Source: Fonticula alba ATCC 38817
Taxonomy: Eukaryota; Protista; Nucleariida
DNA length: 64,000 bases
Assembly: GCA_000388065.2 (NCBI GenBank)
Contig: KB932204.1
Reading direction: 5' to 3' (one strand)
Below are positions 23,448-36,825 of this stretch, piece by piece; positions within the stretch are counted from its first letter, which is position 1; each line of letters starts with the position of its first letter. Both the position numbers and the translations under genes were made by a program. Below the pieces are notes generated by a model, which worked only from the letters and a program-made list of their open reading frames with translations, had not been told where the DNA came from and did not search any database.

Positions 23448-25686
23448 ATGTTCACCGACAGCGGCTCTGCCCCGGCTGCGCGGCAGACACGCCTGCACCA
23501 GTTCTTCGGCGGCCTGGACACCAGTCTGCCGGAGTACTTTGTGCTTCACTGGGATGACCAATTGCCGCGGGCCCACTTTTCCCGGAGCTCCGATGAGACA
23601 ACCCTGCGCACTGCCTTGGGGCCGGATGTGGCCGTCGACCCGGGGGCCACCGAGAGACTGTGCATTTCCTCCATCGGCTCCTTCGAATGGCGCCAGGGGC
23701 GCCGGCGGGTGGAGCTCCTCCTGACACACGACTGCCCGGCCGGGGCCGATCGCCCGGGGAGCCTCCCATGCCGGGGCCTGGGCAGCCGATGCCGGGCCGC
23801 CGGCGCACGCCCGACCCCTTTGGCCGGGGCCGGGCTCGGATCCGGGGCCGATGAAGGGTGCTTTCCCCTGACGCCGGAGGCGCGGGCATTCATCTCTCCC
23901 GGGGCGGTGTCCATGCTGAAGAGCCACCTGCAAAAGTGCGTGCGCCGACAGCGTGCCGGTCTGGCCGTGCAAACGGCCAAACACCTGGCCACTCTCGACA
24001 TGGTACGTTGGGGCTGGTGCCTTTTCCCGGCCGGCCGGGAAAGGCCGGCCGGGCCCCATCGCTCGCCATCACTCCGGGACTGATTTGTCGTCTGCCAGAG
24101 CGAGCTCCTTCGACGGCTTCCGATCATCGCCGTGGAGGATGTGGCCGTGCACTTCCAAGTGCCGGTGGTTATTTGGCTGATGTCAGCACACTCGCGTGGC
24201 TTCCGCCTGACGGGGGCCCAATTTGACTGGGTGCTGGGCTGGGTGCATCTGCTGGCCGGGGGCGGTCTCGTGCCCTGGGCCGAGCATGGCGACCTGTCCG
24301 GGCCGGTGGTCGCCGGTCCCGGGCCGAATGCCAGAGCGGGCACCTGCTCCGAGACCAGGCCCGGCAAGGCCACCTCCGCCGCATTGGCCCCTCCTCGCCC
24401 GGACGCCGACCCGGTCCCTTTGCAAGATGCAGTCGAGGGGGCCTGCCCGGGCGCGAGCACCGCCCCGGGGCCCGGGCCCCGGGACACCGCTGGAAATGGG
24501 CCCCGATCGGCAGCCTCGGCCTGCGGCCCTGGCGCCGAAGTGCCGACCGGCGGACCGTCGACGGGCGGGCCGCTGCCCGGGATGACCCTCTGCGATCCTC
24601 CGGACTGGTCGGCCGGGTCCAGCTTCACCGTTCGTTCCGGGGCTTCATTGCTCACTTGTTGCTTTTTTTTTCTCGCCTTTCCTCCCTGTGCCCCCTCTCC
24701 CTTGAGGATCTCCCACTAACGTGTGGCCATTTGACCGGGACCCGGCCGGCCGGGGGATGAAGCTCGGCTCGGCATCGCTCTTTCGCCTGTCGGCGCCTGT
24801 GCGCGATTTGCTCCTGAGCCTGCAGCTTCGCCGGGCCTACGGCGGCATGGCCGGCGACATGGCCATGCTGGACAACATGACGCGGCGGTGGATGCGCCGC
24901 TTCGGTGGGGCCCTCGCGCCGCTGGCCGCCGAGGGCGTGCCCCTGACGGTGCCGGCCACCGAAGCGGGCATCCTGCCCGGCGGCATGCCCACCACCGGGC
25001 CCCATGCCCCGGAGTGCTCGCTGTCGGCGGCGGTGGCCATGCTTCGGGTGGCTGCCGTGCCGCTGGCCAGCCGCCGGGTGCCGGCGCTGCGGCCAGAAGA
25101 GTGGGAAATGGCCGCCATCGATCCCCACTGCTCCAGTGTGGTGCGCATGCTGCTTGCGGATCGGCTGGCCGAGGGGTCGGCACGGAAGCGCTTCGCCGCG
25201 GACAGCGGGGTCCCGGGCTCGCGGCACCCGGTTTCCTTCGTCGGGGTATGGTCGGTCCCGGGCGCCCGGCCCGGCTCTTCGTCGGCGGGGCCCGGATCTG
25301 CGGCGGCGGCGGCGGCGGCGGCGGCGACCGCGGCGGCAGCCGAGTCGGCGGATGGGGGCGATGCCGGACCCGATGGGGTGACGCTGCGTCAGTGTCGGAT
25401 CCTCCTGCGGAATGAGGCCATCCCCGAGCGGCGGATCGGCTCGCTCATGTGGCGCTTCGATGGGTCGGTCAATCGACGCCCGGCCATGGTGCTGGGCGGG
25501 TGCCGGTGCCGGGGGGCCGACCCCTCCGGCGGGGAGGAGCCCCCACCGAAGCCCTGGATCGAGGGGGAGGCCGCCCAGGGAGACGCCCTGCCGGAGCAGG
25601 AGGAGGACCGCCGCCTGTGGCAAGCCATCCGCCCGGCCGTGCACATCCTGGCCCTCCGGTACATACGTCAAAACCGCTACCTCTGA
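23448..25686 (+). CDS. Uncharacterised protein with a RarA/MgsA helical collar-like motif and no visible ATPase
   Basis: Clean intron 24003-24098 (GTACGT…CTGCCAG) joins LKSHLQKCVRRQRAGLAVQTAKHLATLDM|SELLRRLPIIAVEDV. A second intron with a CTAAC branch (24716-24720) precedes LRRAYGGMAGDM…AAIDPHCS…MWRFDGSVNRRP…LWQAIRP. Stop TGA 25684-25686. The start ATG is uncertain and an upstream exon is possible. Confidence 0.7.
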
Positions 25687-25759
25687 GCCTCCCGGGTTCC
25701 CCATTCCCGGCCGGGCCCTTTCGGTGGGCTTCTTCTGTGCGTCCGGCCGCTGCCGGCCC

Positions 25760-25959
25760 CCGGGGGTGTCGGCGGCGGCCCCGGCCAGCGAGAAGCACCA
25801 ATGCCGCGCCAATGAAGCCTTTCTGCCAACGCACACGGCATCTCTTAACTGTTGNNNNNNNNNNCCGGGGGTGTCGGCGGCGGCCCCGGCCAGCGAGAAG
25901 CACCAATGCCGCGCCAATGAAGCCTTTCTGCCAACGCACACGGCATCTCTTAACTGTTG
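25760..25959. other. 95-nt exact duplication flanking a 10-N gap (assembly overlap artefact)
   Basis: 25760-25854 is identical to 25865-25959 on either side of the Ns. Confidence 0.85.
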
Positions 25960-27244
25960 GCCATCGGCCTTCTCGCGGGGGGAAAAGGGGACGGCCGGGG
26001 GGCTGGGCGGCGGAGGGGGGGGGGGGGGGGGGGGGGGCCCCCCCACGCCCCCCAGGGGGCGGAGGCGGGTCGTTTTGGGGTTTTTTTTCTTTTTTTCCCC
26101 GGCCTTTGTCCGGGGGTTTTGGGGGGGGGGGGGGGGGGGGGGGGGAGAAGCGCCTGCCAGAGCCCCCAGGAGCCGATGCAGGATCGTTTCGGTGTTTTTT
26201 TCCTCTTTATCCCGGCCCTTGTCCCGGGGCATTCGGGGGGAGGGGGGGGGGGGGGGGGGGTGGCGCAAAGCTTGATACATCCCTGGAGGATGCCTCGGGC
26301 GTGCGATGTGTGAGACGGGGCTGCACCGGTGCCGCCCGCAGATTCGCCAGCCAGCGCGGGCGGCCCAGCGCCGGCGGAGGGGAGAGCCGGACATTGTCTA
26401 GTTTTCTTCGGGAGGGACAGACGGGGCAGGGCCGTCGATGATGCTGAGCTGGCCCCGCCTCTCTCCCGGGGGTTCGGGGGGGGACGTGGAAAAGTGACCG
26501 ACCTCCTCGGACCCAGGGCATGGGCCCTCGCCGTCAGCACCCCCCTCTCCCTCCCCCTCTTTCCCCCTGCCTTCCCCCTGCCTTCCCTTCTCCGCCTCCT
26601 CGCCCCACCCTCTCATCTCCTCTTGGCCCGTCCCTTCCAGCCGGCCGCNNNNNNNNNNNNNNNNNNNNNNNNNNNNNNNNNNNNNNNNNNNNNNNNNNNN
26701 NNNNNNNNNNNNNNNNNNNNNNNNNNNNNNNNNNNNNNNNNNNNNNNNNNNNNNNNNNNNNNNNNNNNNNNNNNNNNNNNNNNNNNNNNNNNNNNNNNNN
26801 NNNNNNNNNNNNNNNNNNNNNNNNNNNNNNNNNNNNNNNNNNNNNNNNNNNNNNNNNNNNNNNNNNNNNNNNNNNNNNNNNNNNNNNNNNNNNNNNNNNN
26901 NNNNNNNNNNNNNNNNNNNNNNNNNNNNNNNNNNNNNNNNNNNNNNNNNNNNNNNNNNNNNNNNNNNNNNNNNNNNNNNNNNNNNNNNNNNNNNNNNNNN
27001 NNNNNNNNNNNNNNNNNNNNNNNNNNNNNNNNNNNNNNNNNNNNNNNNNNNNNNNNNNNNNNNNNNNNNNNNNNNNNNNNNNNNNNNNNNNNNNNNNNNN
27101 NNNNNNNNNNNNNNNNNNNNNNNNNNNNNNNNNNNNNNNNNNNNNNNNNNNNNNNNNNNNNNNNNNNNNNNNNNNNNNNNNNNNNNNNNNNNNNNNNNNN
27201 NNNNNNNNNNNNNNNNNNNNNNNNCCCCCCCCCTCGCCTCAGCC

Positions 27245-29508
27245 ATGTCCCTCGCCACGATCCCTCAGATCTCGGCCGAATGGACACAGGTATGTCCCTG
27301 CCCTCGCCCCTCCGCCCCCGTGTGATCCCCCTTCCCTCGCGCGCCGTCCCCTCGGCACGCTTTGGCCCCCAGCCTGTCTCACCTCCTGCCGGTGCATGTG
27401 ACACCCCCCGCCACAGGTCCTCCTCGGCGAGGCGGCCTCCGTCCTGTCGGCCCTGCGCACCGCGATGGCCACACACCGGGACTACGGGACTCTGCATGTC
27501 CTGTCCCAGCGTCTGGAAGCCCTGAAGGCCGATGTGGAGCTCCACCGGGATTATGACTTCATGGCGCAGCGGGTGTGTGTTAACCACTGCCGGGTGTGCT
27601 CGCCGGCCGGGGGGCCCCCCTGGCCGGGGCAACCCGGCGGCCTGCCCAGCTGGCCGGTGTGCCTGAATGGCCCGCTGACAACGCTGCTGGAGCCGTTCCT
27701 CTGTTGTCTGGAACGTGGCCAGGCGCCGGCCGGTGTGGCAGTGTCGGTTCTCGGCAGCCTGGAGCGTCTGCTGACGGCCGGGCTCCTGCGCGCCGGGCCG
27801 ACCCCCTTCTTCTGCCTGGCCAGCAGCCAGGCCCCCTTCGCCCTGCTGCACCAGCGCATGCAGCAATCGTCCGCCCTGCTGGCCGTGTGTGGCATCCTCT
27901 CCCGCCATACCCTGGACTCGGAGGATTTCCTGGCCAGCGAGGCGGTCCTCCTGCACATCACCCAGGTCCTGCGCGCGGTGTGCGCCGTGTCGGAGCAAAC
28001 CCTGACCGAGGCATCCGCCGGGCTGGACACCTACCTGCAGCTTCTACATGGGCATTGGGCCTTCGGGGCGGCGCATGTTCCCCTGCCGGCCGATGTGGGT
28101 TGCCTCACGGACGCCGGGCTTTCCCAGGCACTGGTCATTTGCCTGTCCATTGTGACCCACCTGCGTCTGAGTGAATTCGTGCGCCAATCGGCCGAGAGTA
28201 CCTTGCATGCATTGGTCCGGCACATGGGCCGCCGGTTGCGCTTCTTCGTGCTGGTGTCCTCGCGCGTGGGGAACCCCTGCAGCCAGGCCATCCTCAAGGA
28301 CCCCGCCGCGAGTGGGGCCTCCCCTTCGGGCCGGCCGGCCCCCATGGCCGGCTCGTGCGCCTGCCCGGATGACTATCACTTTGATGAGGTGCTCCTGGCC
28401 ACGCAAATGGATCGGGCCTTTCACTTTGGCGGTGCCGGGCCCTCGGGCCCGGTGACCATTGTCCCCTCGGAGCCCACCCTGCCGGTGGCCACGGCCGGGG
28501 CCGATGCCGGCGGCGGGCTGGCCGCCATGCCGGGCTGCGCCGGCGGCACCCCGGCCCCGGAGTCTCGCGCGGCCGTTCGCTCGTCGTACCAAACCCGCGA
28601 TGGGGTCACCCCGCGCGATGGCATCGTTCACACCTCCTCCATGGCCTTCGACTTCTATGAGCGCCCGGTGTCCACCTGGTTTGCGGACCTCTTTGACCGG
28701 CTGCTGGAAGGCGAGGCCGGGGCCCGGGCCATTGCCGAGCGTGTCCGGCCCCAGGCCCGGCCTCCGGGGCTCTTTTGCGGGTCACTGGCCGCCGTGTTTG
28801 TGCTGCTGCGCTATTGCGAGGCCTTCATCAACCCGGCGGAGCTCCACAGCACCGACACCCTGCGCCTGCTGGGGCTGAACATGCTGTGTGCCCTGTTCGA
28901 GGCCGGGGCCGATGCCCTGGGGCAGCTTCGCCTGCTGGCACATGCGCGCCTGCCGCAGGTGATGAAGCACCTGTTTGGCCTGCTCGGGGCCGCCGGGGTC
29001 GGGGGTCTCGGCGGTGCTGGCCCCGGGGGCGGCGGCGTCCTCGGCGTGGCCGGCGGGCTGGGCGGAGCCGGCCCCGGCCCGAGCCCAAGCGGGCCCAAGT
29101 CCGACCGGGCGGCCGTGCTGCTGGCCATGGCATCGCGCTGCTTGCAGCTCCTTTTCCATGCGAATCCCCGCCGGCTGCGGACATATCGCATCTTCTTCCT
29201 GAAGAGTGCGGCCCGGCGCTTCCGCGATCCCGACTGCCCGGGCGATGTGAAGTTGGCCTTCTTGGAGCTTCTGCGCGCCCTGCTGGTGGACATTCCCTTC
29301 CAGGCGGCCTCCGACCCGCGGGATACCATCCTTCGCCCGATGTACCCGGAACAGGCGCTCTTTGTCAATGTCGACTGTGTCCTGGGGCTGGAGAATGTCT
29401 TCACCACCTGTGTGCGTCGGCCGTCGCCGGGCATCTCCCCTTGGCCATGTCCTTCTTTCCTTTGCCTACCCCCCTCCCCCCCCCCCCCCCCTCTCGCTCT
29501 CCTCCCCG

Positions 29509-29543
<35 letters not shown>

Positions 29544-32500
29544 GTCTCCCTCTCTCTGCCTCCCTTCGCCCTGACACGTGTGCCCTGGGCCGCATGGTGC
29601 TTCTAGCTGCAAGCGGTCAGTGAGTTTGCCTCGCCACCGGCCGGGCCCGGGGTCGGGCGGCCGGAGGACCGCTTGAAGCTCCAACTGGTGGCCGAGAGCA
29701 TCATCCAGCTGCTACTCCGGCGTTTGGTCTTCCGGTCGCGCTCGCGCGCCGGAACCGGCGCCATCGCCACCAGCGCGGTCGATGTGGCTGCCTACAATCG
29801 CGATCTCTTTGATCCGCTCACCCATGCGGCCGGGCTGGCCCACTTCGCCACATTCGATCCCACCTCGAGGGCCGACCCTGCTGGTGGTCCGGCACGCAGC
29901 CCGGACGGCCAAATGGTGGAGTATCTGCTTGTCCATGCGCGCGTGCAGAAACTTTGGCTCCTCCATGCGGCTGGCATCTTCCATGAGAGTACACACAAGA
30001 ATGCCCTGCAGCGGCTGCATGAGCGCGGGGTCATCTCTTCGGTCGACGATCACCAGGAGGTCGCTCGGTGTGTGGCCGTGCTCCCTCGCATGTTCCCTTC
30101 GCCGGGCTTGGCCCCTCTGCCCGGCTCCTGGCCTCGGCTCCTCGCCGGCCCTTGGCCCTCCCTTCCCCCGCTGAAACGTCACCTGACCCTCCTTTCCTTG
30201 CCCTCTCTCTCCTCCCCCCCCCCCTCCCGGCTATTTTCCCTCGCGCCCACCATGCCAGGCTCCTCCACTTGATGGGCTTCGCCCTCGACAAGAAGCACCT
30301 GGGGGCCTTTCTCCGGCATGGCGATAACCAGCCGATCCTGAAGGCCTTCCTCGAGCAGATCGACTTCGCCAACTTGCGCCTGGACCATGCCTTGCGGTGC
30401 GTGTGCTGCTGGCCGTCTCTCTCTCTCACACACTCGCTTTCTCTCTCTCTCTCTCTCGCATGAAGCACACCTTGCCTTGTTCTCCGCCGGGATTTGGCCC
30501 TTTCCTGGGCCATCGACCACCGGACACATGTGCCCTCCCTTGTGGGTATTTATCTCCACGCCCCTTCCCTGGCGTTGACTCTCCGCCCCTCGGCTTGGTT
30601 CTCCTCTCGCCTGGCCTCTCCTCCGGCAGCCGGACGGTCGAGTACTTCCACATTTTCGGCGAAACCCAAGTCATCGACCGTGTGCTACAGACCCTCTCCC
30701 AGGTGTATCTGTCGCAGCAGGAGCCGATCCCCGGGACTTCGGACGCCGCCACGGCCCAGGGGGTCACGGTGCATGTGGATGGGGCGTATATCTTGCTCTT
30801 CTCCATCATGATGCTGAATACCGATCAGCACCGTCCAGACCTGAAGCAGCGCATGACCGTCGAGGCGTTCCTGTCGAACAACCGAGGCATCAACAATGGC
30901 GAGGACTTCCCGAAGGAGTTCCTGACCCAGATCTACCACGACATCAAGAAGTGCGTGCCCCCGGCCGGCGGGCCCCATGGATCACGGCCCGGGGAGGAGC
31001 CCGTTCTTCCCATGCACTTCCCCCCCCCCCTTGCTGACATGTGGTCCATTCCCTCGACTGCGTGCCCGCCGGACGCGGAATGCCCTTCCCCCCCCCCCGG
31101 CACAGCGATGAGATCAAGTACCCCGAGCATTGGGACAACTCGCTGACCGACGACCTGAACTGGGGCCTGGCCACGCGGGCTCCGGCCTCGGAGGACATCC
31201 TGCGCTTTGTGGATGCGGACGATTTGTCGCTCTTGTGCGATGCCAACCTGCTGATGGCCATCGGCCCGGCCCTGGTCGACTCGCTGGCGGCCATTGTCCA
31301 CCGGCTGGGGAGCTCCCGAGCCGGGGCCGGGATCTTTGACCACCCGGCGCTGCGGGCCAGCACACGGAAGAACCTCGGCGCCGGGAGTGCACACGGTGGG
31401 GCCGGGCCCGCCGGCTCCGGCACCTCGGTGCCCGTTGGCTTCCACCACAACCATCACCTGACCCCGGGGCCGACATTTGTCCAGGCCGGGTCGTCCCGAC
31501 TGCCGCCCGATGAGCCGGCCTTTTGGGATGCCTGCTACCAGGGGTACCTGTCCGCCCAGCCGGGGCTGGATGAGCCGGCTGCCGGGCCCTCCGGCCCCGA
31601 GCTGGACGAAGACAACTGGCAGGATCCCGCCAGTGATGAGGATGCGGCAGCCATGGCGGCCGATCCGACGACCGCCATGGCCACCACCGCCGGCGCCAAG
31701 AGCACCACGGTGGCTTCGGCCTCGCCAAGCATTTCGGCCACATCGCCCAGCGCACCGGAGGCCCTGTCCCCGGTGGCCCGGGTGCTCAAACTGCTGGAAG
31801 ACCTGTCGGACATTGCGGCCGAATTTGAGAATACCTTCCTCTTCAGTCGCGTCGTACGTGCTGCCGCCCCTGCTGGCTTCCTCCGACCTGCTGGCCCTTT
31901 CGCGCCATGCGCCCTTGGCCGCGCCCGGGCCCGCATCGACCATGGTCCACCTTTGCCCCGGTGCTGACTCTGACCCTCGCCGCCATGGCCGACCGATAGA
32001 TCAACCACTTGGCCATCTTCTCCAGTCTGCTGCCCCTTTCGGTGAGCTACCTCCCTCCGCCGGAGGCTCCCTCGCCCCCGAAGGACGTGGTCTTGGTCTC
32101 CCTGTCACAGCCACTGGAGCCCATCAGCCAAGTGATGCCGCCCCTGAGCCAAGTCAATGATGAGGACCTGCTTGGGTGGCTTCGTGACCGGGGGGCCAAT
32201 CGGGAAAGGCGGCTGGCTCGCTTTGGGGCAGCCTCGGACGGCATCTGCCGGATGTCTGCCTGGCTTTTGTTCTCGCAGATCCGCAAAGTGCGTGGAATCA
32301 CCAAGGCCAGGAGCTCCTGGTCGCTGTCTCTTTCTCGGCTGCCTACTCTCGGCCTCCGGCATCGCTCCCCTCCGGCATCTGACCTGCATGTTGCTCACAT
32401 CTTTTTTTCCTTTCCTTTTCTTTTCGGCTACCTCCCTTCCTCCCTCTCTCTCTCCCCCGGACATTCCTCGCACATCAGCATCCCTCAATTGCCATTCGCG

Positions 32501-34926
32501 ACCTGAGCTCCTTCACCCTGGCGCTGGTGTGCATGCAGTCGCTGTACTCGCCACTGCGTGCCCTGCCACCGGGACTCCAGGCCACCAAGGACATCTACCG
32601 GCTGACATTCAACCTGCCAGCCGTGTCCACCTATGAGGCGACCATCTGCCAGCGTGTGAGTGCATGGCAGACGCTGGTCAGCCAGCGGAATGCCTCGCGC
32701 GCGCCATCCAGCGGGGAGTTCCTGTGGAGCGCATTGTCCTTCTTCTATTCGTCCGACACGCCGAAGGCCAGCTCGCCGGCCGGGTCGCGCGGGACCAGCC
32801 TCTCCGGGGACCCGGACGCGGCGGCCGACGCATCCGCGGCTGCCGGCGCCGCAGCCGGCAATGCCGCCACATATGCCCTGTATCCGGCCCTGCCAGCCTC
32901 CGCTGGCAATGATCGGACTCTGTCTGAGGATGCCAATGGCCAGCTTGAGGGTGCGGCTGCTGACAAGACGCGCCGGATCGTGGCCACTTGGGACTTGGGC
33001 GGGCTGCTGAGCCAACTGTCACAGACGCTGGTGTCGGCTCTGCGTGGCTCGGGCCACCGGAGCTCCCTGGATTTGGACGATTTGTTGGCGGTCCTTCGGG
33101 CTTTGTGTGCCGCGGTCCGGGGGCGCCTTTCCCCCTGTGGGGTGTTGACTCCGGCGCGCAAGCTGGCCGCTGGCCCGGGCGCCGGGAAGAAGTCCTCCAT
33201 GGGACGGTCGCAGTCGCGCTCGCGCGCTTCTTCCGGGTATCTCCCGCGATTGGCCGGGGAGACGGTCCCCGGAGGCAGTGGCCCCAGTTCGGATGCCAGC
33301 TCCGCGTCGTCCTCCTCGCTGGCTCTTTCCGGGGCCGAAACATTGCCGGATTTGCCGCCCTCCCAGCAGTCGACCGCCAGGCCGGGATCTCCCCGTCCGG
33401 AGCTGCAAGTGGTGGTGAGCGATGTGCCACCGGCAACGGGCGCCGACAGCCCTCCGGCGGGGGGGGCCCCTGCCCCGCCGGAGATGCTGGCCCTGCCAAT
33501 GGCATCGATCGAGACGGTCGAAGTGTCCACTTCCGCCGAGCCGGCGGCATCGCCCGGGGCCGCTTCGCCGACCGGCGCCGGGAGCTCGTCCACTGCGTCG
33601 TCATCCTGCTCTTCGCTGGCGGCGACAAAGGCCCTGGCATCGGGTCCCGCCCCGGGGGCCGGCCTGTCCCCGGCACATGACGATTTTGCTCCCTTTGTGT
33701 CGCCCTTTGACTTGGACTTGATCCCGGAGGGTGGCGCGGCGCTGGTTGACGGTGAGCCGGGTGCCCCGGCGGCCGCCTCGGCCAAGGTCCCGGCATTGGA
33801 CTTTGTGCTGGTGCAGCAATCCTTCGATGAGCCTGCCGCAGCCTTCTTCCTGGAGCAAGTGTATCACCTTGTGTCGGCGACGGCCGCCCTGCCGGACCCG
33901 AGCACCCCCGGCCAGCCGCTGATCTTCCGCACGTGGCCCGTGGTGCAGCAGCTCTTTGTGGATGTCCTCTCAAGCGGCACGCCCGACGGGCAGCCTGACG
34001 CCGATGCCGATGCCGCCCTGGAGTGGCCGGCCGGTTTGGTGGATCGTGTTCTCTTCTGCTATAGTGTCCTTCTGGAGGAGTGTCTGCTGCCATTGGCCGC
34101 GGCCCACCGGCCGCACTTGGCCCCGGCGTCGGTGCGTGTGTCGGGTGTTTTGCTTTTGTCTCTGGCTCTTCTTCTCCCCTGTCGCGTCCCTTCGCCTGCC
34201 TGCCTGACGGGGAGCCAACAACCACTGACACCGGTCTGCGCATCGGCCTTCCCGCCAGTTCGCCACCTTCCTCGAGGCCCTGCGCGCTCGTGGCATCGCC
34301 CAACGATTCAAGCCCCTGGTGGCGGCCAGCCTGCATCGGCTGCTTTCCCGGCATCGTGACGTGCTCCTTCGGCCGACCGATTCTGCGACCCCGGCGGCCG
34401 GCCTGGCACCCTGTCCAAATATCCGCCTTCCGCTGTTGGAACTGCTCCAGGCGGTGTGCGATGACCCGCTGGCGGCCAGTCACATTTTGGCCCTGCTGGA
34501 GGAGACGCTGTCCAGCCAGGCCACGAGCGCCGGGTTCTTCGACCCGACAGCCGGCCCGCCGGTTTCCGATCGCCATGCCTTCCATTATGGGAATGTGCCT
34601 GATACCCTGAGCATGACCATCGGCCTGCTGCTTGGGATATCGCTGGGAAGTTTGCCCATGGCTGGGACCAGCTCCGGGAGCACCACTCTCCCTGCCATGC
34701 CGCCTGGGACACTGGACATCCAGCCCCCCGGGTTGGGCGAGCGCTTCGCCACGCCGGCTCGGCGGTCGATGGTTGCGCTGGCCCTGCTGAGCCAGGTTCA
34801 TGACCGTCTATCGACGATCGGTGCGTGGGCGTTTCCTGCTGGACCTGCCTCTCTGCCATACCCTCCTGCTGGGCCTTCCCCCCCCCCCCATATGGCCCTC
34901 TCCGCTGCTCCGGTCTTGCATGCATG

Positions 34927-34958
<32 letters not shown>

Positions 34959-36825
34959 GCCCCCTCTTCCCCAAATCTATCTCACCCTGACTCTCCTCTC
35001 GCCCGGTCGTTGCCGCACATGCGCCCGTGCTTCCACACATGCAGCCCCTTTGGCTCTTGGATTTGATGAAATCTTCCGCCGGTACCAGTTGCCAATCCTG
35101 TCGGGCCTGTCGCTGAATTCCTTCCAGACCGATTGCTTGGTTCGGCGCGAGGCCGTCACGCACCTGGAGAGCTGCGTCCTGTCCAAGAGCAGCGTCCAGC
35201 CGTCTCTGTCCTGGCGGCCAAGCTCTCCGGATCCGAGCGACGAGCCGCCTGCCGCGAGCCAGCCCACCCGGGCGCCCCTCTCGTCGGATGTCTATTCGGC
35301 TTGCCTCAATAAGCTTCTTTTCCCGCTGGTCGACGGGCTGGCTCTCTCCTCGCCGGACGCCTTCATCGATGCCGCTTGCTCCTTTGCTCGGACGCCGGCC
35401 GGTCCACTGAAGGCCGCCTGGCGGGCAACCGCCCGGTCGGATGGCGATCAGCTCGGCGAGCAGCGTGTTCGTCTGACCAAAATCCTGGAAACCTTCTTCC
35501 TCAAGTACCTGGCCATCCTCTCCTGGCGGCCGGACTTCCCGGACCTGTGGCAGGCGGTTCTCCGGCGCTTTTCGGCGTATGTTCAGCAGCCGGGAGCCCA
35601 CTTGGCCCTTGGATCCATGGCCCCCGGGGCCGGTGGCGGCCCATCCGGATCCGCTGCGAATGACCACCTCCTGGACAAGGTCCCGGAATCGGTCAAGAAC
35701 ATGATCTTGGTCATGAATGCCCTCGGGGTGTTGGTCCCGCCGAGCCCGGTCCCCGGGCATGACGCCGCCGTCCTGGCGCAGCTCCAGCATCCGGCATCCG
35801 ATGGCGGCCCCGGGACCGGGACCTCGGCGGCCCCGGGGCAGCATCCTTGCCCGCGGCCGGACGTCTGGCACGCCACCTGGGAGGTGATTGCCCGGGCCTT
35901 CCCCCGGCTGATGGACAGCCTCGGACCCCTTTGGTCACAGGCAGAGGCAGCGACGGCGGCGGCGACGGCGACGGCGACGACAATGACGGCAACGATGACG
36001 GCCGCCCGTCCCACCTCGCCTGCCCCTCTCGCTGCCAACGGTGCCTCGATGGAGGCTCCCTCTGGCTCGGGACATGCGCCAGTTGCCGCCATGGCTCCTG
36101 CGCAACCCCCCGTGGCTGCTCCTCCCTCCGCGGAGGTTGCCTCGAATCCCGGGCAGACCCTTGTGAGCGCCGGGCATGTCGCCCGTGTGTCGGCGGATGG
36201 ACCTCTTGAACAACAGCCGCAGCTGCCGCAGCAACCGCCGCAGCTGCAACAGCAGCAACCACATCTGACCAATGCTCCCCATCTGAGCCCAAAGGCCGAC
36301 ATCTCCCAGTCAGCCGATCTGCTGGTGGCCCCTCCGCCCTCCGGACCTCCGGCTGCAGGCCCACCCCCCGGCATGATGGTCGCTTTGCCCTCCAACGCGG
36401 CCATCAACATGGCTCAGGCCCCGGGAATGATGCCTGCCCCGGCTGCTGATGCGACGGCTGGTCCGCAGCTGCTGCCGATGTCAGCCCCGACGATGGTGGC
36501 CCCCCCGCCGCCTGTGTCGGCTCATGCTCCGGCGCCCGTGGCATTCATGCCGCCGGTGCCTGGCAATGTGGCCCCGAATGGTGTCTACTTTCCGATCCCC
36601 ATGATGCCGCCAAACTCCTCGCCCTACCCCCTGCCGGTGGGTGTCCCTCAGTTTGTCCCGTACCTCGCGCCAGCTCAACCGGCTCAGCACCCGCAGCAGC
36701 TCCCCCATGCAGCCGGCGTGAATTCGATGGTTGCCCCCCCGCCGTTGCCCCAAGCGATGCTCGGCTCCACCGGACAACTTCCTGTTCCTCCTCCTCCTCC
36801 TCCCCCTGCCTCCCAAGGCCAATGA
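27245..36825 (+). CDS. GBF1: Large Sec7-domain ARF guanine-nucleotide exchange factor, GBF1/Gea family, multi-exon
   Basis: Exon 1 27245-27289, intron 27290-27416 (GTATGT…ACAG) gives MSLATIPQISAEWTQ|VLLGEAASVLSALR. DCB motifs LLEPFLCCL…SVLGSLERLL, SEAVLLHITQVLRAV and LSEFVRQSAESTLHALV. Sec7 motifs FHIFGETQVIDRVL and YILLFSIMMLNTDQH…MTVEAFLSNNRGINNGEDFPKEFLTQIY. HDS3 motif VPESVKNMILVM…WHATWEVI. Pro/Gln-rich tail; stop TGA 36823-36825. Confidence 0.92.

Noticed and set aside
25760-25959. 95-nt direct repeat after the uncharacterised gene
   Set aside because: An exact duplicate on both sides of a 10-N gap is typical of unmerged contig overlap. The same applies at 58561-58638.
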